Below, piece by piece: positions 12,580 through 25,392 of a stretch of 64,000 bases of DNA. Position 1 is the stretch's first letter, and each line of letters opens with the position of its first letter. Source of the stretch: Lama guanicoe (Eukaryota); contig MU053881.1 of NCBI GenBank assembly GCA_013239625.1, positions 10,840,873 through 10,904,872 of the forward strand, in the 5' to 3' direction. The notes beneath the pieces were generated by a model. The model did not search any database and was not told where the DNA came from. It saw nothing but the letters and a program-made list of their open reading frames with translations. The position numbers were made by a program, and so were the translations under genes.

Positions 12580-13730
12580 AAGTTTGTCATGCGTGTGGCA
12601 GCTCAGAGCATACACAAGGACAGCAACCAAAAGCCACAGAGCATCTATTTTCCATGTAAGCTGTTATTATAATATCTTTGCTGGCTGAGGGCGAGAACAG
12701 AGGGAGAGAACAGAGAAGGCTTCTGTGACCTTCTACAAGAAAAGAAAAAGGCCACGGAGAGCCATTATAAATTCGCAGATAATTAAAGGTTAAACTCGAC
12801 TTGCCAATTAGTATGAAAGATAATTGTTCTCCTTTGGCAACCTGATTATGTGTACCATTTGGTCAGGAAGAATGAGTGTTTTCGTATTATTGGTGAATGT
12901 GGTCCCTAGCCCACATTGCAGCTTTATCCTTCAAGAGACTTATCCTTGGAGGCCAAGGTTGAGATGAAATCCTCCATTTTTGTGGGAAGAAATGAATTCA
13001 CACAATTTGCAACACAAGATGCTTGCGACGATTGTTGTTACTGCGTAGGATACTTTGATTCACCGGGTTAAGTACGAGAGAGTACAAAGAAAATTCTCTA
13101 TTAGACAGCAAGAGACTTAGCTAAAATTATACAGCACGTCATAAAACATGGTGTGGGCATTAAGGACGGGTGTGCAAGTAGACAATGCGAGATATATAAT
13201 GAGAGAGAGATATATAGAGGATTTGTGTCAGCAGTGGGTGTATGCATATTAGAAGAAAGTGACAAATTATGCAAGGACTGCATAGTGTCGAGAGCCTGCC
13301 GAGTGATATCACCACCAAATGGCACAGAAGAAAAGGATCTGAGAGATACATGCATTTCATTGCACTGCAAACTTCAAGCACCACGCAAGTACTGCCCAGA
13401 AGTAATTTTGTCAATGTCCCCACAAATTGTTGTCTCTGAAAACTGAGGTGTAGTTTAGCTTGAACGGTTAATTTTACAGATTGTATTGGTAACCTGATTG
13501 TTGTTTCTTCATTGGTTTTTATGACTTTGCAAACCTTTGTGTGAGCACTCAATATATTATTACCGTATTTTCCCATTTGCACAGAATTTTGGTAAACCTA
13601 GATATATATTTGTAATATAATATATATGTTATAGAAACATAATTACTCTTTCATTAGAAGTTCTGTTTAGTTTAATAACTGTTTTATGAGTAACTTCTAA
13701 GGTCCAAACATTGTTTTAAATGTTGCACTA
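12580..13730 (-). mobile_element. Fossil hAT-Charlie (Buster-type) DNA transposon with degenerate transposase
   Basis: Minus-strand translation with stops and frameshifts gives, in the expected order: PTPCFMTCCIILAKS...ESKYP (BED-finger-like PxCxxCxxxLxN...ETKHP), STLASKDKSLE..GPH../KTLILP (NEKALEA...KPHTIGETLILP), AFFFSC (EFLFC), SKDII..AYME...CPCVCSE..HA (TGEDIF...CVGVCTDGAxAM); TIRs not identified. Confidence 0.65.
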
Positions 13731-15429
13731 TAGAGAAAATACCCTGGTACTGTTTTTAGCTGTGTGATTTGAATATGTTATCTCCTCTCCCTGAGCCTCC
13801 CTTTCTTCTTTGTTCAGTCACTAATGCAAAAAAGGGGTGGTCATACCTAGTTTGAGGGCTTCTATAAAGAAAATAAAAGGTAATATATACTAAAATATTT
13901 AACAGAAAATGAGAAAGATTAAACACCTGTGATGTTTCCACATTCTCTTGTAACATGTGCTAGACTCCCAGGAAAAATAAAGAGGAAAAAGACCCTGCTA
14001 TATTTCCAGGATCTGAGATTTAGAACATGATCACTAGTTCTGATACTTTTTAGACATATTCTCAGAGGAAGACTCAGAGTACTGGCAAGGCGTATTTCTC
14101 TTTTGGCCTGAGAGCAAGGGACAATCCTACCTTTAAGCCACATACGTTATAAATATGTGACAATATTCATAATTTGTAAGAAACATTACTTAAATACATT
14201 TGAGGAGGAGACAGCCTTCCTTAAACTTTTGAAGACCACGGAATGCTTGGTAGGCAGAGCAAAGGGATGAGGGAGGGAAGAAGCAACACTCTTCATAATC
14301 TTATCCTGATACCTAACAGTTACTGAGGGTCCAGCATGAGCCAGGAACTGGGACAACAGGATTAAGTCACTGCTTCTTCACAAGAGTTCTATTAGGTTAG
14401 GTATCTGCCCAATAGACACAGAGCACTTTAGAGAAAACTCTGAAGAAATGGGCTCCAAAATCTCCAGTGACTGCATGTGTTCTTAATCAGTCTACTACAC
14501 TATGAAGAAATCTCGAAGAAAACACCCAAAGGAAAATATAATTGGGCACAATGACTCCAAAAAGACAGTCAAAGCATTTTCCTAGAAAGTGATACTTCAT
14601 TGTGTCCATGTGATAACCATCTGAAGCTCCAGGATATAGACCAAACCACGAGCTTGCTTCTGAAGCCGTGATCTCAAATATAATGTGTATAAATTTCAAC
14701 GGGCAAGTTGTAATCATGAATATCAAAATTACAGTCTTTATGACCTGATTCTTACATTAGACAAATGCTGCTTTATAGGCCTGATTTAAAATAATCAGCC
14801 TAGAGAATATTGATTATAACATAACAGTTTTAGGGTAATCACATTGTTTTCTATTTTCAGAAAATTATAGTTTAATCACTTCAAAGTTAATCCTTTCATT
14901 GACATAGATTATTTTTGGTTATTTAAAAATTATAACTCATAGTCTCTTTCTCCATAATGGAAAAGTAAATCCTGACTATATATATATATATAATTTTAAG
15001 ATTTTTATCATGAAATACCTAGCTGAAATGATATATAAACAGCTATGTCAATTTAATTTCTGGAAATTAATTATAAAAATTGAGAATATAAAGTATTAGA
15101 GCTATTTATTATTTAAAGCTATAATTGTTTTAATTTGTTAAAATCTTGATTTTCTATATCGCAGCATTAAAAATGAAAAATAAACATGATTAGAAATAAA
15201 TATTTAAAAGAACACAACATATTAAAATTACAAGTCAATAAGAAAACTAATCTTTAGTTTATTCTTCTTCAAGCTCATTTATAATTGGCTAATCCAGTTT
15301 ATTACTGAAACCTACCCAATAACTTTAAGCAAAACTTATACATTTAGTAAAAACCATACCAAACCAACAAAACAAAAAGCCCCTTTTCATGAAAAGAAGG
15401 TATTTCCACATACTAATTTGATGTTTCAG

Positions 15430-15615
15430 AGTTCTGGTGCTGAAGATAAAACACACACTTTCAACTCCAAATTTTGAAATTTATTAGCTGTGTGATCTTA
15501 GAAAATGTACCTAAATTGTCTTATAGGATTCTTCTGAGGTATCAGTGAGTTTATAATCATGAAAACAACATAGTATGCCTGGCAGAGCAAGTATTTGATA
15601 CACATTAACTATTAT
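15430..15615 (+). mobile_element. MIR SINE fragment
   Basis: TTATTAGCTGTGTGATCTTAG...ATAGGATTCTTCTGAGG...TGCCTGGCAGAGCAAGTATTTGATA. Confidence 0.55.
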
Positions 15616-17639
15616 TATTTTTCATGTATTTTTAAAAAAATTTTGGAGCCAAAAGCCACTCTTCATAAATGGCCCAATAGGTAAGACGCAGCACTGCATG
15701 AATGATACAGTGTCCTTATAAACCATGATGCCTCTGGTTTCAAGTAACTGGAACTGGAAACTGCCACTTACTCTGACTTAACCTGAATGGTTACAACCTA
15801 AGTCTTGAATTCCTACACAGCTTTCCAAAATCTATTCTGGAGCAAACGGAAAGGAACTGCTTAGTCATTTTTTTTCTCCTATCCCTGACATATTTTTCTC
15901 TGTATTTTATGGCACCAAAGGTCTTAACATAAAATAGGAGAAAGTTTTCCAAAAAAGTAGCTAGATATTTTGGAAATCATTTTCACTTGAACTTCAGCTA
16001 AGAAGTGTATTTAGAAGAAATATAAATTCTTTCTAACCTCATTCAGTCAGTTGCTTATGTTTTCGGTTGCAAGGTTTCAAACCGCACTTTATTTATTGAG
16101 CTCAGTGAGGCAAATGTCTATTAAAACCTCAGCAAGCAACTTAGAAACTATTACAAACCCTCCAAAGGGACGTCACTGTTAGAGTCAGTCAATAAATTAA
16201 CCACTGGGTTAGGCAGGATGGAGGCTCGTCTGTCTTTCTGAACACTGTTAATGAAGCCTACATTTTGGTATGTTAGTTCCCGAGAAACTGTCTGTGACAC
16301 ATGTTTCTTAGCTACTTTGCCTCGTGTCCAGGCATTAAAGTGTCTCATAGTTCATTAGAACATTGATGGTGTGTGATTATCTCACAAAGGTTGTCACCAA
16401 AAGGAAATTTAGAGAACAATTATAAAGTCAGAAATGATCCTTAGCGATTCACATCATCTGGGCATGCTACAGGGCTGATCTTACATGGACTGAAGAGGCT
16501 TCAATGATAAACCTATGGACTGACCACTTGTATTATATTTTTATATACTCCAAGTAGAAATATTTTAACGTGTCTCTCTCACACACACACATCCCTTAGA
16601 AAAGTGTTTTAATTTTTTTCTTAATGTAAATTCCCAAACCATTTTTATCAGTGATATCTGATTTTTTCCCCTCTTTGATGATAACTGTGAGGTGTTTAAG
16701 ATTACAGGCCACATCACAAGGAAAAATGGGTTTAGAAATGGGAACTTCAATCAACCAAACAGAGTGATTGTGCTCAACATCTATATTTCCTTGTGAGCTT
16801 TAATTATGAAAACTATCAAGGATCCTAGAAAACTAGGGGGTCTATAGATCATCTTGTGTTGATGACATAATTGAAAAGTGAAGAGAGCGTTTTAGATGAT
16901 TTTTCTTTAATTTAGTTAGATATTATTGTGCTCTAATGACTATGATAAGAACATCATGACATCATTAAATGATATTTTAAAAATGAACTATGACCTGGGC
17001 TATATCCAATGATTAAATGACAATGGCATGCCCACTTATTTTTCATATTTAGGCATCTCTCATTATAGAGAGTTTTGAGATAAAGTCTCTGCTTTCAATG
17101 GTAGCCCTATAATTGTAAAATCAGAATATAATAAATAAATAGGAAAAGTAAATTATAACAAAGAGATCAGGATTTTTTAAACCTTATATATTTTTTGTCC
17201 AAAAGCCATTTTTTTAATCGTATAAAATGTTATCAAGCTGCTTAATAATTAACATTTTGCAAAACTGCTCATATGTTTTTTGTGGGACAAAGTCTGAGGT
17301 TTGGTTACAATGGAGATTAGTTTCTAGTTTTCTATGGTCCTATTTCATGGAGATTGAAATAGTTCTTAGACTGAAAATTTTTGTTTAAGCTTATATTCTG
17401 ACAGATTTTTTATGAGAAAAAGAAGTCACTCGTCACTGTGAAGATGCAAATGCCATAGAATCACATGACTCATGTCCCCAAAAAGTTCCATAAAAGAAGG
17501 GAAAATGAAGATTTTTTTGAATAATTACGTTCCCAGACTCTGGCACAGTACGTAGTGAATACTGAATAAATATTGCAAAGTAAACCAACAAACATGTAAC
17601 AAGTAGAATATATAAATATCATGTCAGGATAGAATTAAA

Positions 17640-17736
17640 GTTAGATTTTTTTCTTTAAATTCATTAATCAATAGGGCAAATTTAATTAAGAATATACAGA
17701 AGAACTAGACAACATAGATATTATGGGCAAATATAG

Positions 17737-17775
<39 letters not shown>

Positions 17776-18470
17776 CAGGAAGATAATTATATAGGCATAG
17801 AATTTGGCAGAGCAATAATAGATAATACAACTCCTTTTCAAGGCTACGTAAGTAATTTTTAAAAGCTAAACTAGTATTATGTAAATCTAAAAATCATAAG
17901 TCCCATACATTGGAATAATAAAAATAAGTCTCTGATGAAAAGGTAGTAAAACCAGAAGTGAGTTAACATTTTCATAAACAGTAATCTATCAGAAATTTTA
18001 CAATGCCTTGTTAAAAAACTCATCCATGAGAAGCACAGGACAAAACTGCGTTTTTATTAAAACTAATGACAATAAAAACCCTGTATCAGAATCTATGGGA
18101 TGTAAGTGAAGCAGAGATCATAGGAAAAGGTAAAGTCTTAAAAATACATACTATAAAAAAAGTTTAATGGCAAAAAATTATTTCAAAAACTTAGAAAGAA
18201 GAGCAAAGTAAACAGAGAAAAAATCAAAGGAAGGGAAACAATAAAGAAAAAAGCAGGAAATAATAAATAATAAACATAAGTAAATGAAATAAATAAATTT
18301 AAAAGTCTGTTCCTTTAAAAAAAAGTCAAAAATACATAGAGTAAAGCTAATGTAGTCAAGAAAAAAGTGATAACAAAAATACTTTAGAAAGGATGTATCA
18401 GGAAAAAAACAAATGACAAAAGACACACAGTGCTGTATGTCAATTACACCTCAATAAAACTGGAAGAAAA
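17640..18470 (+). mobile_element. Old L1 ORF2 (endonuclease region) remnant plus a short L1 3' terminus
   Basis: ATCAGAATCTATGGGATGTAAGTGAAGCAG resembles L1 YQNLWD..KA; A-rich; TGTATGTCAATTACACCTCAATAAAACTGG is an L1 3' end. Confidence 0.6.
17737..17770. repeat. (AT)7(AG)10 compound microsatellite
   Basis: Directly visible. Confidence 0.95.
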
Positions 18471-18837
18471 TAAAGAGACCCAAATTGCAGAACAAACTGA
18501 ACTAATCTTAATATAGCCTGAGCTAAATGCAAATATGATTGTATTTGAGCCACCACTTGGACAAAAAATTTATTGAAAATGAATGTTTATTTTTTTTTCT
18601 GATTATAAACATAATCCCTATTCACCAGAAAACATTTCTAAAACAGGGGGAACTATTAAGGAAAGAAAAATAAACCATAATCTTACCACCAAGAGATATT
18701 TACTGTTACCTTTCTGATACATTGCTTTCCTATTGTTTTTGGTACATGGATGCTTGTATATAAATATACACATATTTAAAAAGATACTCTGCATATAGCT
18801 TAATCTTAAAAAAAGAATCAATTTTATCAGTTTAAAA

Positions 18838-19430
18838 TATAAAAAATAACTAGTGTTGGCAAGGATGTGGAGAAAAGGGAACCCCTGTGCACTGTTGGTA
18901 AGAATATAAATTGATGTAATCCCTATGGAAAACATTCTGGAGTTTCCACAAAAATTTAAAAACAGAACTACCATACAATTCAGAAATTCCACTTCTGGGT
19001 ATTTGCCCAAAGAAAACAAAAACACTTATTTGAAAAGATGTATGTTTCCCTATGCTCTCTGCAGCATTAATTACAGTAGCCAACATATAGAAGCAACCTT
19101 AAAAAAATAAACAAAGGAAGACAAAAACAGAAACAGAATTATGGTTACGGGTAGCAAACTGGTCGCTGCCAGAGGGAAAGAATGTAAAGGGAATTAAGAG
19201 GTGCAAACTTTCAGCTATAAAATAAAAAAGTGATGGCCCGTAATATGTAGCATATGAAACACAGTCAATAATACAGTAATCATTTTGTATGGTGACAGAT
19301 GGTTACTGGACTTGTGGCGATCATTTCATAACCTATTTGATTCTTGGATCACTATGGTGTTCACCTGAAACTAATATAATATTGTATATCAGCTGTACTT
19401 GAATCTAAAAGAAAAAAGGAAAAAGAAAAC
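18838..19430 (+). mobile_element. 5'-truncated L1 (ORF2 C-terminus plus 3' UTR) with an internal deletion near 19100
   Basis: GTGTTGGCAAGGATGTGGAGAAAAGGGAACCC, AACAGAACTACCATACAATTCAG, ACCTGAAACTAATATAATATTGTATATCAG then A-rich tail. Confidence 0.9.
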
Positions 19431-20580
19431 TGATGGTAACACGTGCAATAAATAAAAATCCTTTCGTTCACAGTGGTAAAGATGGGGGAGAAAAGAACAG
19501 GAAAAAAATGGAGATACATTTATTTGCCATCGCTGGAAGTACTATTGCAAACGTACTGTAAAAATCGGTAATGAAACGATATAAATGAGGCATTCACCTT
19601 CTATCTTTTGAAAAGATTCCTTTCTGATCTACAGAAATGGGAATGCGAAAATCAGGTGTTGCAACTCCCAGTAAAAGTTATACTTCAAGCGAGGGTTAAT
19701 AAATGTTAAAAGAATTAACTGTTGCCAATTATTAGCCATAAAGATGAATTCAAAGGGGGGAAAATACCTGTGTGGTTCTGGTGATTGCTCCCTGAGGCAA
19801 GTAATCAGCTTTATTGTCACACTGTGAGAAAACCTGACATTGTTTGCAGCCCAATGAGGCGCAATATGAAATAAACACCATCACACCAAAGGGATGTGTG
19901 CCTGAAAGAGTTAAACTGAATCTATTCAAGCTTTAGATCTCACTTCCAGGCTACAGGAAATACAGGAAATGAAGGCACAGACTCAATGGTATAGTAGGCA
20001 ATTAGGAATATCTCAAATGTAGCATATTTTATAAGAAGACTATTCTGTTTTATATTTTATGAGATAACTATTTTTATCTTAAATAAGTCAATGGCATGGG
20101 AAACAACAACAACAAAAAAAGATGGGTGAGTGGGAAGATTTAGAGATTAAAAGAGCCTAATAGGAACATAAAGGAGCTAAACTTGTTCATATCTTGATTT
20201 AAGAGCGCAAACAACATAGGTCTTAGGGACACTTTGGAACTTTGATGCAGACTGGATTTTAGATAATATTAGTGATTTTAAGTGATATTACTATTTTTGG
20301 CATAATAATGCTATTGCACTCATAAAGAAAAATAACCTTTTAAGAGAAACATGATGGAGTATTTAAGAGTGAAGGTCTATTTTGACTGTGACAATTTCAA
20401 TGGTTCAGAAAAAAAGAGCATACACACAAACCACACAAACCACAGCTAGATCAACACATGACATTGATATGGCAACATAACTGTTTAGTCTAGCTGATGG
20501 GTATACGGATATTTATTTTCTTATTCTTAAAAATTTTATGTACAATTAAAAATGTTCATAACAGAATTTTGAAGAAAAGT
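19430..20580 (+). mobile_element. Old L1 (L1MC/ME-like) 3' UTR remnant
   Basis: GACTGGATTTTAGATAATATT, TCAATGGTTCAGAAAAAAA, TAGCTGATGGGTATACGG...AAAATGTTCATAAC. Confidence 0.55.
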
Positions 20581-20859
20581 TTGATTGATAGAGTACAGTC
20601 ATTATTTTAATTTCTTATATCAATATCAATATCAATCACCTTCCAAATACGATCCCACCTTTCTCCTTAGCCTCTTGGGTCTAGGGGCCCAGACTGGGAT
20701 TCCGCAAACATTTTCTCACAGAGTAATGATATGACTCAATACGTTAGGATGTGGGTGGACGGTATACTTTAGAACTGGCTTTTCCTATTCTAAAGAATTC
20801 CTCCCAAAGAGACGAAAGTCTTGAGAACAGAACAGGAAGAAGGTCACACGGAGAAGTGG

Positions 20860-21075
20860 ACAGAGTGTGGGCTTTGGAGACAGAATTAGATTAAAATCTT
20901 TGCTCTGCCACTTTCTAGCAAACAAAGTCTCTAAAACCTTACACTTCTCATTTGCAAAATTAATATGACAATGTGTAACTTGTGGATTGGTTGTGAGAAT
21001 TAAATGAAGAGTTAAAGCATGTAAAGGGGAGGGATATCTTAGAGACGGGCATAGCACATAATAGCAACGCCAATG
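20860..21075 (+). mobile_element. MIR SINE
   Basis: GAGTGTGGGCTTTGGAGACAGA...CTCTGCCACTTTCTAGC...GGTTGTGAGAATTAAATGA...GCACATAATAG. Confidence 0.75.
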
Positions 21076-21829
21076 ATCTCAGTTGAAAGACTTCAAGATG
21101 CATTGCTAAATTGGAAGACAGTTATATTGGAAGACAGACTATGTCATTAGTGATAGAAATGGTTTATATTTACAGCTCAGAGTCTGTGTGATGAATGGAT
21201 GCAGAGTGTGCGAAAAAAGACGATCACAGCCATTTCTTTGATGAAGAGCAATGAAACTCCAGCAATCATCCTGCTAATGCAAGCTATTAGGGAAACAGCA
21301 GGGGGCAAGATTTTGTTCACCGTGAGGGAATGTGATATTTATCAGTGCTCATTAGACTGTGCACATTATATGGTGCTGCTCTTGCTGAAAATGGTCATTG
21401 TACTAAAAATTAAAATCAAGTACAAAAAGCAAATATGTTTTGTAGCTAGATTGCCAGATAAATTTGTTTCTGAATAGTCAAAGGAGGCTCCTGACTAAAC
21501 TAATTAGGATAGGTAATTCTGTTGGGGGTCTGTGCAGAAATGGAGTAAGTCATATCCAAAAAAAAAATCTTAGATAAAAAAAATTTGGGAAAAAAAAAAA
21601 ACTGGCTGTTTTTCTTCTCTGTTCCTGTATTTCAGAGCAATAAAATGGGCAAGTTCGATTAGGTTTATTTCAAAAAGCCCTAGGACTCTAGCATTCCTAA
21701 GATCTATGAGGCTATCTGTATTTATCCAATATGAACTCCAACATAAAAACTGGAGTATTTATCCAATACTAAATTTATTATCATTACTATCATACCTCCC
21801 TATACCTATCTTACCACTTTCCTCTTTTC

Positions 21830-22030
21830 TCTCTCTGCTCAAGCCACGCCCTCCCCTAGCTATTCCTCCAAAGCTCTAACACCACCCACACTTCAGGAAT
21901 CCACATTTGCTGTTCCTTCTATCTGGAAGTCTCTTTTCCCAGGTAGCAGCATAGTTCTCGCCCTCATTTCTCAGTGCTGCTAAAGATAACCTTCTTAATA
22001 AGGCCTTCCTTATCACTCTTTAAAATAAGC
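21830..22030 (+). mobile_element. L2a fragment
   Basis: CTTCAGGAATCCACATTTGCTGTTCCTTCTATCTGGAAG...AGGCCTTCCTTATCACTCT resembles L2 3' region. Confidence 0.65.
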
Positions 22031-22059
22031 TTTTTAACTTCTCACATATTTTGTTTAAG

Positions 22060-23040
22060 ATGGAAACCAATTGCTCCTAGAAGATGCTAAACGCAACTTT
22101 TACTTTCCAACAGGTTATGGAAGACTCCTGCCGAAACAACTAGAAAAAAATCCAGATAAAAATTTTAAAGCCATGTTTGTACAAACATCAGTGATGTATG
22201 GAAGCAAAGAGGACTAGATGAACTAAAATCCTTAAGAGAGGAAAGAACTCTCTCTATGAGGAGACATTTGCTAATTATGGAAGTGAATGGAAAATCAGAC
22301 CATGAACAGGCAGAGAACCTTTGCTGGGGGAAAGGAAAGCCACAAAACTTCTAGTGGGTACCCGGTGATGGAACAAAAAAACTTTAAATTGCAGGGGTCT
22401 TACATATATGGCCAGATTGCTCTAAGGGGCATTTGCTGAGTAAGGGCTATAGAGGAGTTGAGAAACTGGGTTATATAATAAAGGAATCTAAGAGGCAAAA
22501 TAAAATCTCCTGCTTCCTCATAGTGCTTATAAAACAGATCTCCTAGCGAGAAAGGAGTCAACCTCAAGTATATAGCCTGTCTTTCCCTCACCATATTTAT
22601 TTGATTTTAAAGTTTCATTTTGTGTAACCAAAGAAAGATGAGCTCTGAATTTCAGAAGTAAGAAAGGAATCTTCCACAGGAGTTCATGGCTGCAAAGACA
22701 CATACCAGCTAGACTCTTCAAATAAAAACTCAGGAGGCTTCATTCCTAAACAAAAGCAAAACTGAGATAAACTGAGTCTTACTAAAAACTGCAACCTGGC
22801 CCCAAAGCCGCTTGATTCCTGGTTGAATTGACATCATCATTCTCTCATCTTATCTACTTAACAGAGAAAAAAGAAAACTCTCTCTGCAAGTAGATAAAAT
22901 CACCAGAAGTCTCTACATTTTTATTATACAGAAGCTCTGGTATGTAATTAAAAGGCATTCAAAGTAGGAAGAAAATGTTTGATAATTAAAAGGAAAATAT
23001 AGGCTGAAGCATACACACAGGTGGTTTAGATCCTGGAGCT
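22060..23040 (+). mobile_element. Probable old L1 5' region remnant
   Basis: AAACAACTAGAAAAAAATCCAGATAAAA, GAGTCTTACTAAAAACTGCAACCTGGCCC; recalled similarity only. Confidence 0.4.
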
Positions 23041-23049
23041 TTAGTCTTC

Positions 23050-24773
23050 ACTTATCACAATGCACTTTCTAATCTTCCTAGTTATTTTTTCCACTGGTTA
23101 TTTAGAAATGTGTTGTTTAATTTTCACTTATTTGTCCATTTCCTAAGTTTTTTTTTTTTCTGTTCCTGACTTCTAATTTCATTCCACTGTGGTAAGAGAA
23201 CTAGGAATGATTTCAAGCCTTTTTGAATTTACCAAAACTTGCTTTATGGCCAAGCATGTGGTCTACCCTTGAGACTATGCCATGTGCACTTGAGAAGAAT
23301 GTGCATTCTACTGTAGTTGGTAAAAGTATTCTAAATATCTGTTAGCTCTAGTTGGTTTATACTGTTGTTCAAGTATTTTATGCGCTTGCTAATATTCTAA
23401 TTGTTCTATTGTTAAATGTGGAGTTTCTTAAGTCTCAAACTACCACTGTTTCTTTACGATTACTATTCCACCCTTCAATTCTTCATACTCCTGCTTTATA
23501 TATTAGGGTCTCTATTGCCAGGTACATACAAATTTACAACTGTTACATCTTCTGGCTGGATTAATCCTTTATCATTATATATATGTTTTCTCTAGCAATA
23601 AATTTTGTCTCAAAAGCTATCTTGTTTGACATTATTATAGCCAGCTCTCTTTTGGTTTCTGTTTGCATATTCAGAATAATACCAACTTAAATAGTTCAAA
23701 AATAAAACCAAGAACAGACTTTGCTCCTTTATAGCTCCATCCCCTCCCCACTTCCTTATTGGAGTTATTGTCATTCAAATTACGTATTATATGTTGGCTC
23801 CATGAACGTGGATTTATAGTTATCACTACATGCAATTGCCTTCTGTATCAGATAGAAAAGAGTTACAAGCAAAAAAAAAATACATGTATACTGTCTTTTA
23901 TATTTATATATGTTACTTATTTTTTAATGTGGATTGAGTTATTATCTAGCGCCCTTTCATTTCAGCTTGAAAAACATTATCACTTCTCGTGGGGTAAGTC
24001 AACTGGCAAAAGCATTTCTCAGATTTGTTTTTCTGAGAATATCTTATTTATTAAAATAAACGTCTTTATTTTTGAAGGACAGTTTTGCTGGGTAAAAAAT
24101 TCCTTGTTGACTTTTCCTTTTAGCACTCTGGTTATATCATCTCACTATCTTCTGGGCTCCATGGTTTCTGTTAGCAATCAGTTGCTAACCTTATTGAGGA
24201 TCCCTTGTAAAAGATAAGTCACTTTCTCTCTTGCTGCTTTCAAGATTCTATCTGTGGCTTTTAATAATTTGATTATAATGTGACTAGGTATAGATCTTTT
24301 TTGTTTCTCCTGATTGGATTTTGTTGAGATTCTTGGCTGTGTAGATTGTTTTTCACCAAATGTCAGAAATCTTTGGCCATTATATCTTCAAAAATTCTTC
24401 CTGCCCCTTTCTCCTTCTCTCCTTTTGGAACTGCCTCTCTGTATGTATTGGTACACTTATGATGTCTTAGGTTTCTAAGGCATTTTTCCTTTTTCTTCTT
24501 TCTTTTTTTACTTTCTGTACCTCAAACTAAACAGCCTCAAGTGACCTGTCTTCATCATTGCTAATTTTGTCTTCTAACCGATCAAATATACTGTTTATCT
24601 CCATTAGGGGATTTAAAATTTTCAGTTATTATACTTTTAAACTCAAGAATTTCTATTTGGTTCATTTTAATAAGTTCTGTCTCTGTACTGATATGTATTT
24701 GGTGAGACATGGATCTTATACTGTCTTTTAGTTATTTAGACATGGTTTCCTTTTATTTGTTAAACATTTAAAA
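23050..24773 (-). mobile_element. Old L1 (ORF2 endonuclease, spacer, ORF1) remnant
   Basis: TTCTAATTTCATTCCACTGTGG, CATGTGCACTTGAGAAGAATGTGCATTCT, TTTCTCTCTTGCTGCTTTCAAGATT, TTGGCCATTATATCTTCAAAAATTC. Confidence 0.8.
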
Positions 24774-24775
24774 TA

Positions 24776-24969
24776 TAGTCATCACTCAGTATCTGTGGGG
24801 CATTGGTTCCAGGACCAACTGCTGATGCCAAGATCTGCTGATGTTCTAATGCCTTATATAAAATGTCATAGCATTTGCATATAACCTGTATATATCTTCA
24901 TGGATATTTTAAATAATCTCTAGATTACTTGTAATACCTGATACAATGTAAATTCTATGCAAATAGTTG
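24776..24969 (+). mobile_element. MER2 (TcMar-Tigger) fragment, truncated on the right
   Basis: TA then (C/T)AGTCATCACTCAGTATCTGTGGGGCATTGGTTCCAGGACC...GCATTTGCATATAACCT...ATCTCTAGATTACTTGTAATACCTGATACAATGTAAAT. Confidence 0.85.
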
Positions 24970-24974
24970 CCAGT

Positions 24975-25392
24975 AACCTACTGAAGGACATCCTGATTGC
25001 TTCTAGGTTTGGCAATTATGAAAAAAGCTGCTGTAAACACCTGTGTGAGGCTTTTGTGTGGGCTTGTGTGTTTTTTTTGTTTTGTTTTTTAAAGACTCTT
25101 TCTAGGAGAAGTTTTGGGCTCACAGAAAAATTAAGAGGAAGGTACAGTGCTATCTTATATACCCTCAGCCTCCACACATGCAGAACATCTCCCCCATTAT
25201 CAACATCCCCCGGTGGAGTGGTTTATTTGTTACAACTGATGCCCCTGCATTGACACATCAAATCATCCAAAGACCATGGTTTACATTACAGTTAACTCTT
25301 GTATTCTACATTCTATGGCTTTGGACAAATGTAAACTGTCCTGTCTCCATCATTACAGAGTATTTTCACTGCCCTAAAACCCCTTTGTGATC
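24975..25392 (-). mobile_element. L1MC-like 3' UTR fragments
   Basis: CACAGAAAAATTAAGAGGAAGGTACAG...ATTTGTTACAACTGATG...TTCACTGCCCTAAAA. Confidence 0.75.

Noticed and set aside
12303..12688. Lys/Arg-rich ORFs as nuclear or basic proteins
   Set aside because: Produced by A-rich low-complexity tracts; no domain recognised
12817..13446. Endogenous bornavirus N-like element (FDSPG and KLQAPRKY resemble BDV N FESPG and KLAPRSF)
   Set aside because: Motif spacing is wrong (about 105 versus about 78 aa as I recall BDV N), the intervening residues do not match, and the opposite strand is explained by ordered hAT transposase motifs
18618..19110. Overlapping ORFs of 61-135 aa
   Set aside because: Sense and antisense frames of an L1 ORF2 tail and 3' UTR
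23759..24217. Longest ORF (152 aa) as a gene
   Set aside because: Lies antisense within decayed L1, has a TTG start and low-complexity composition
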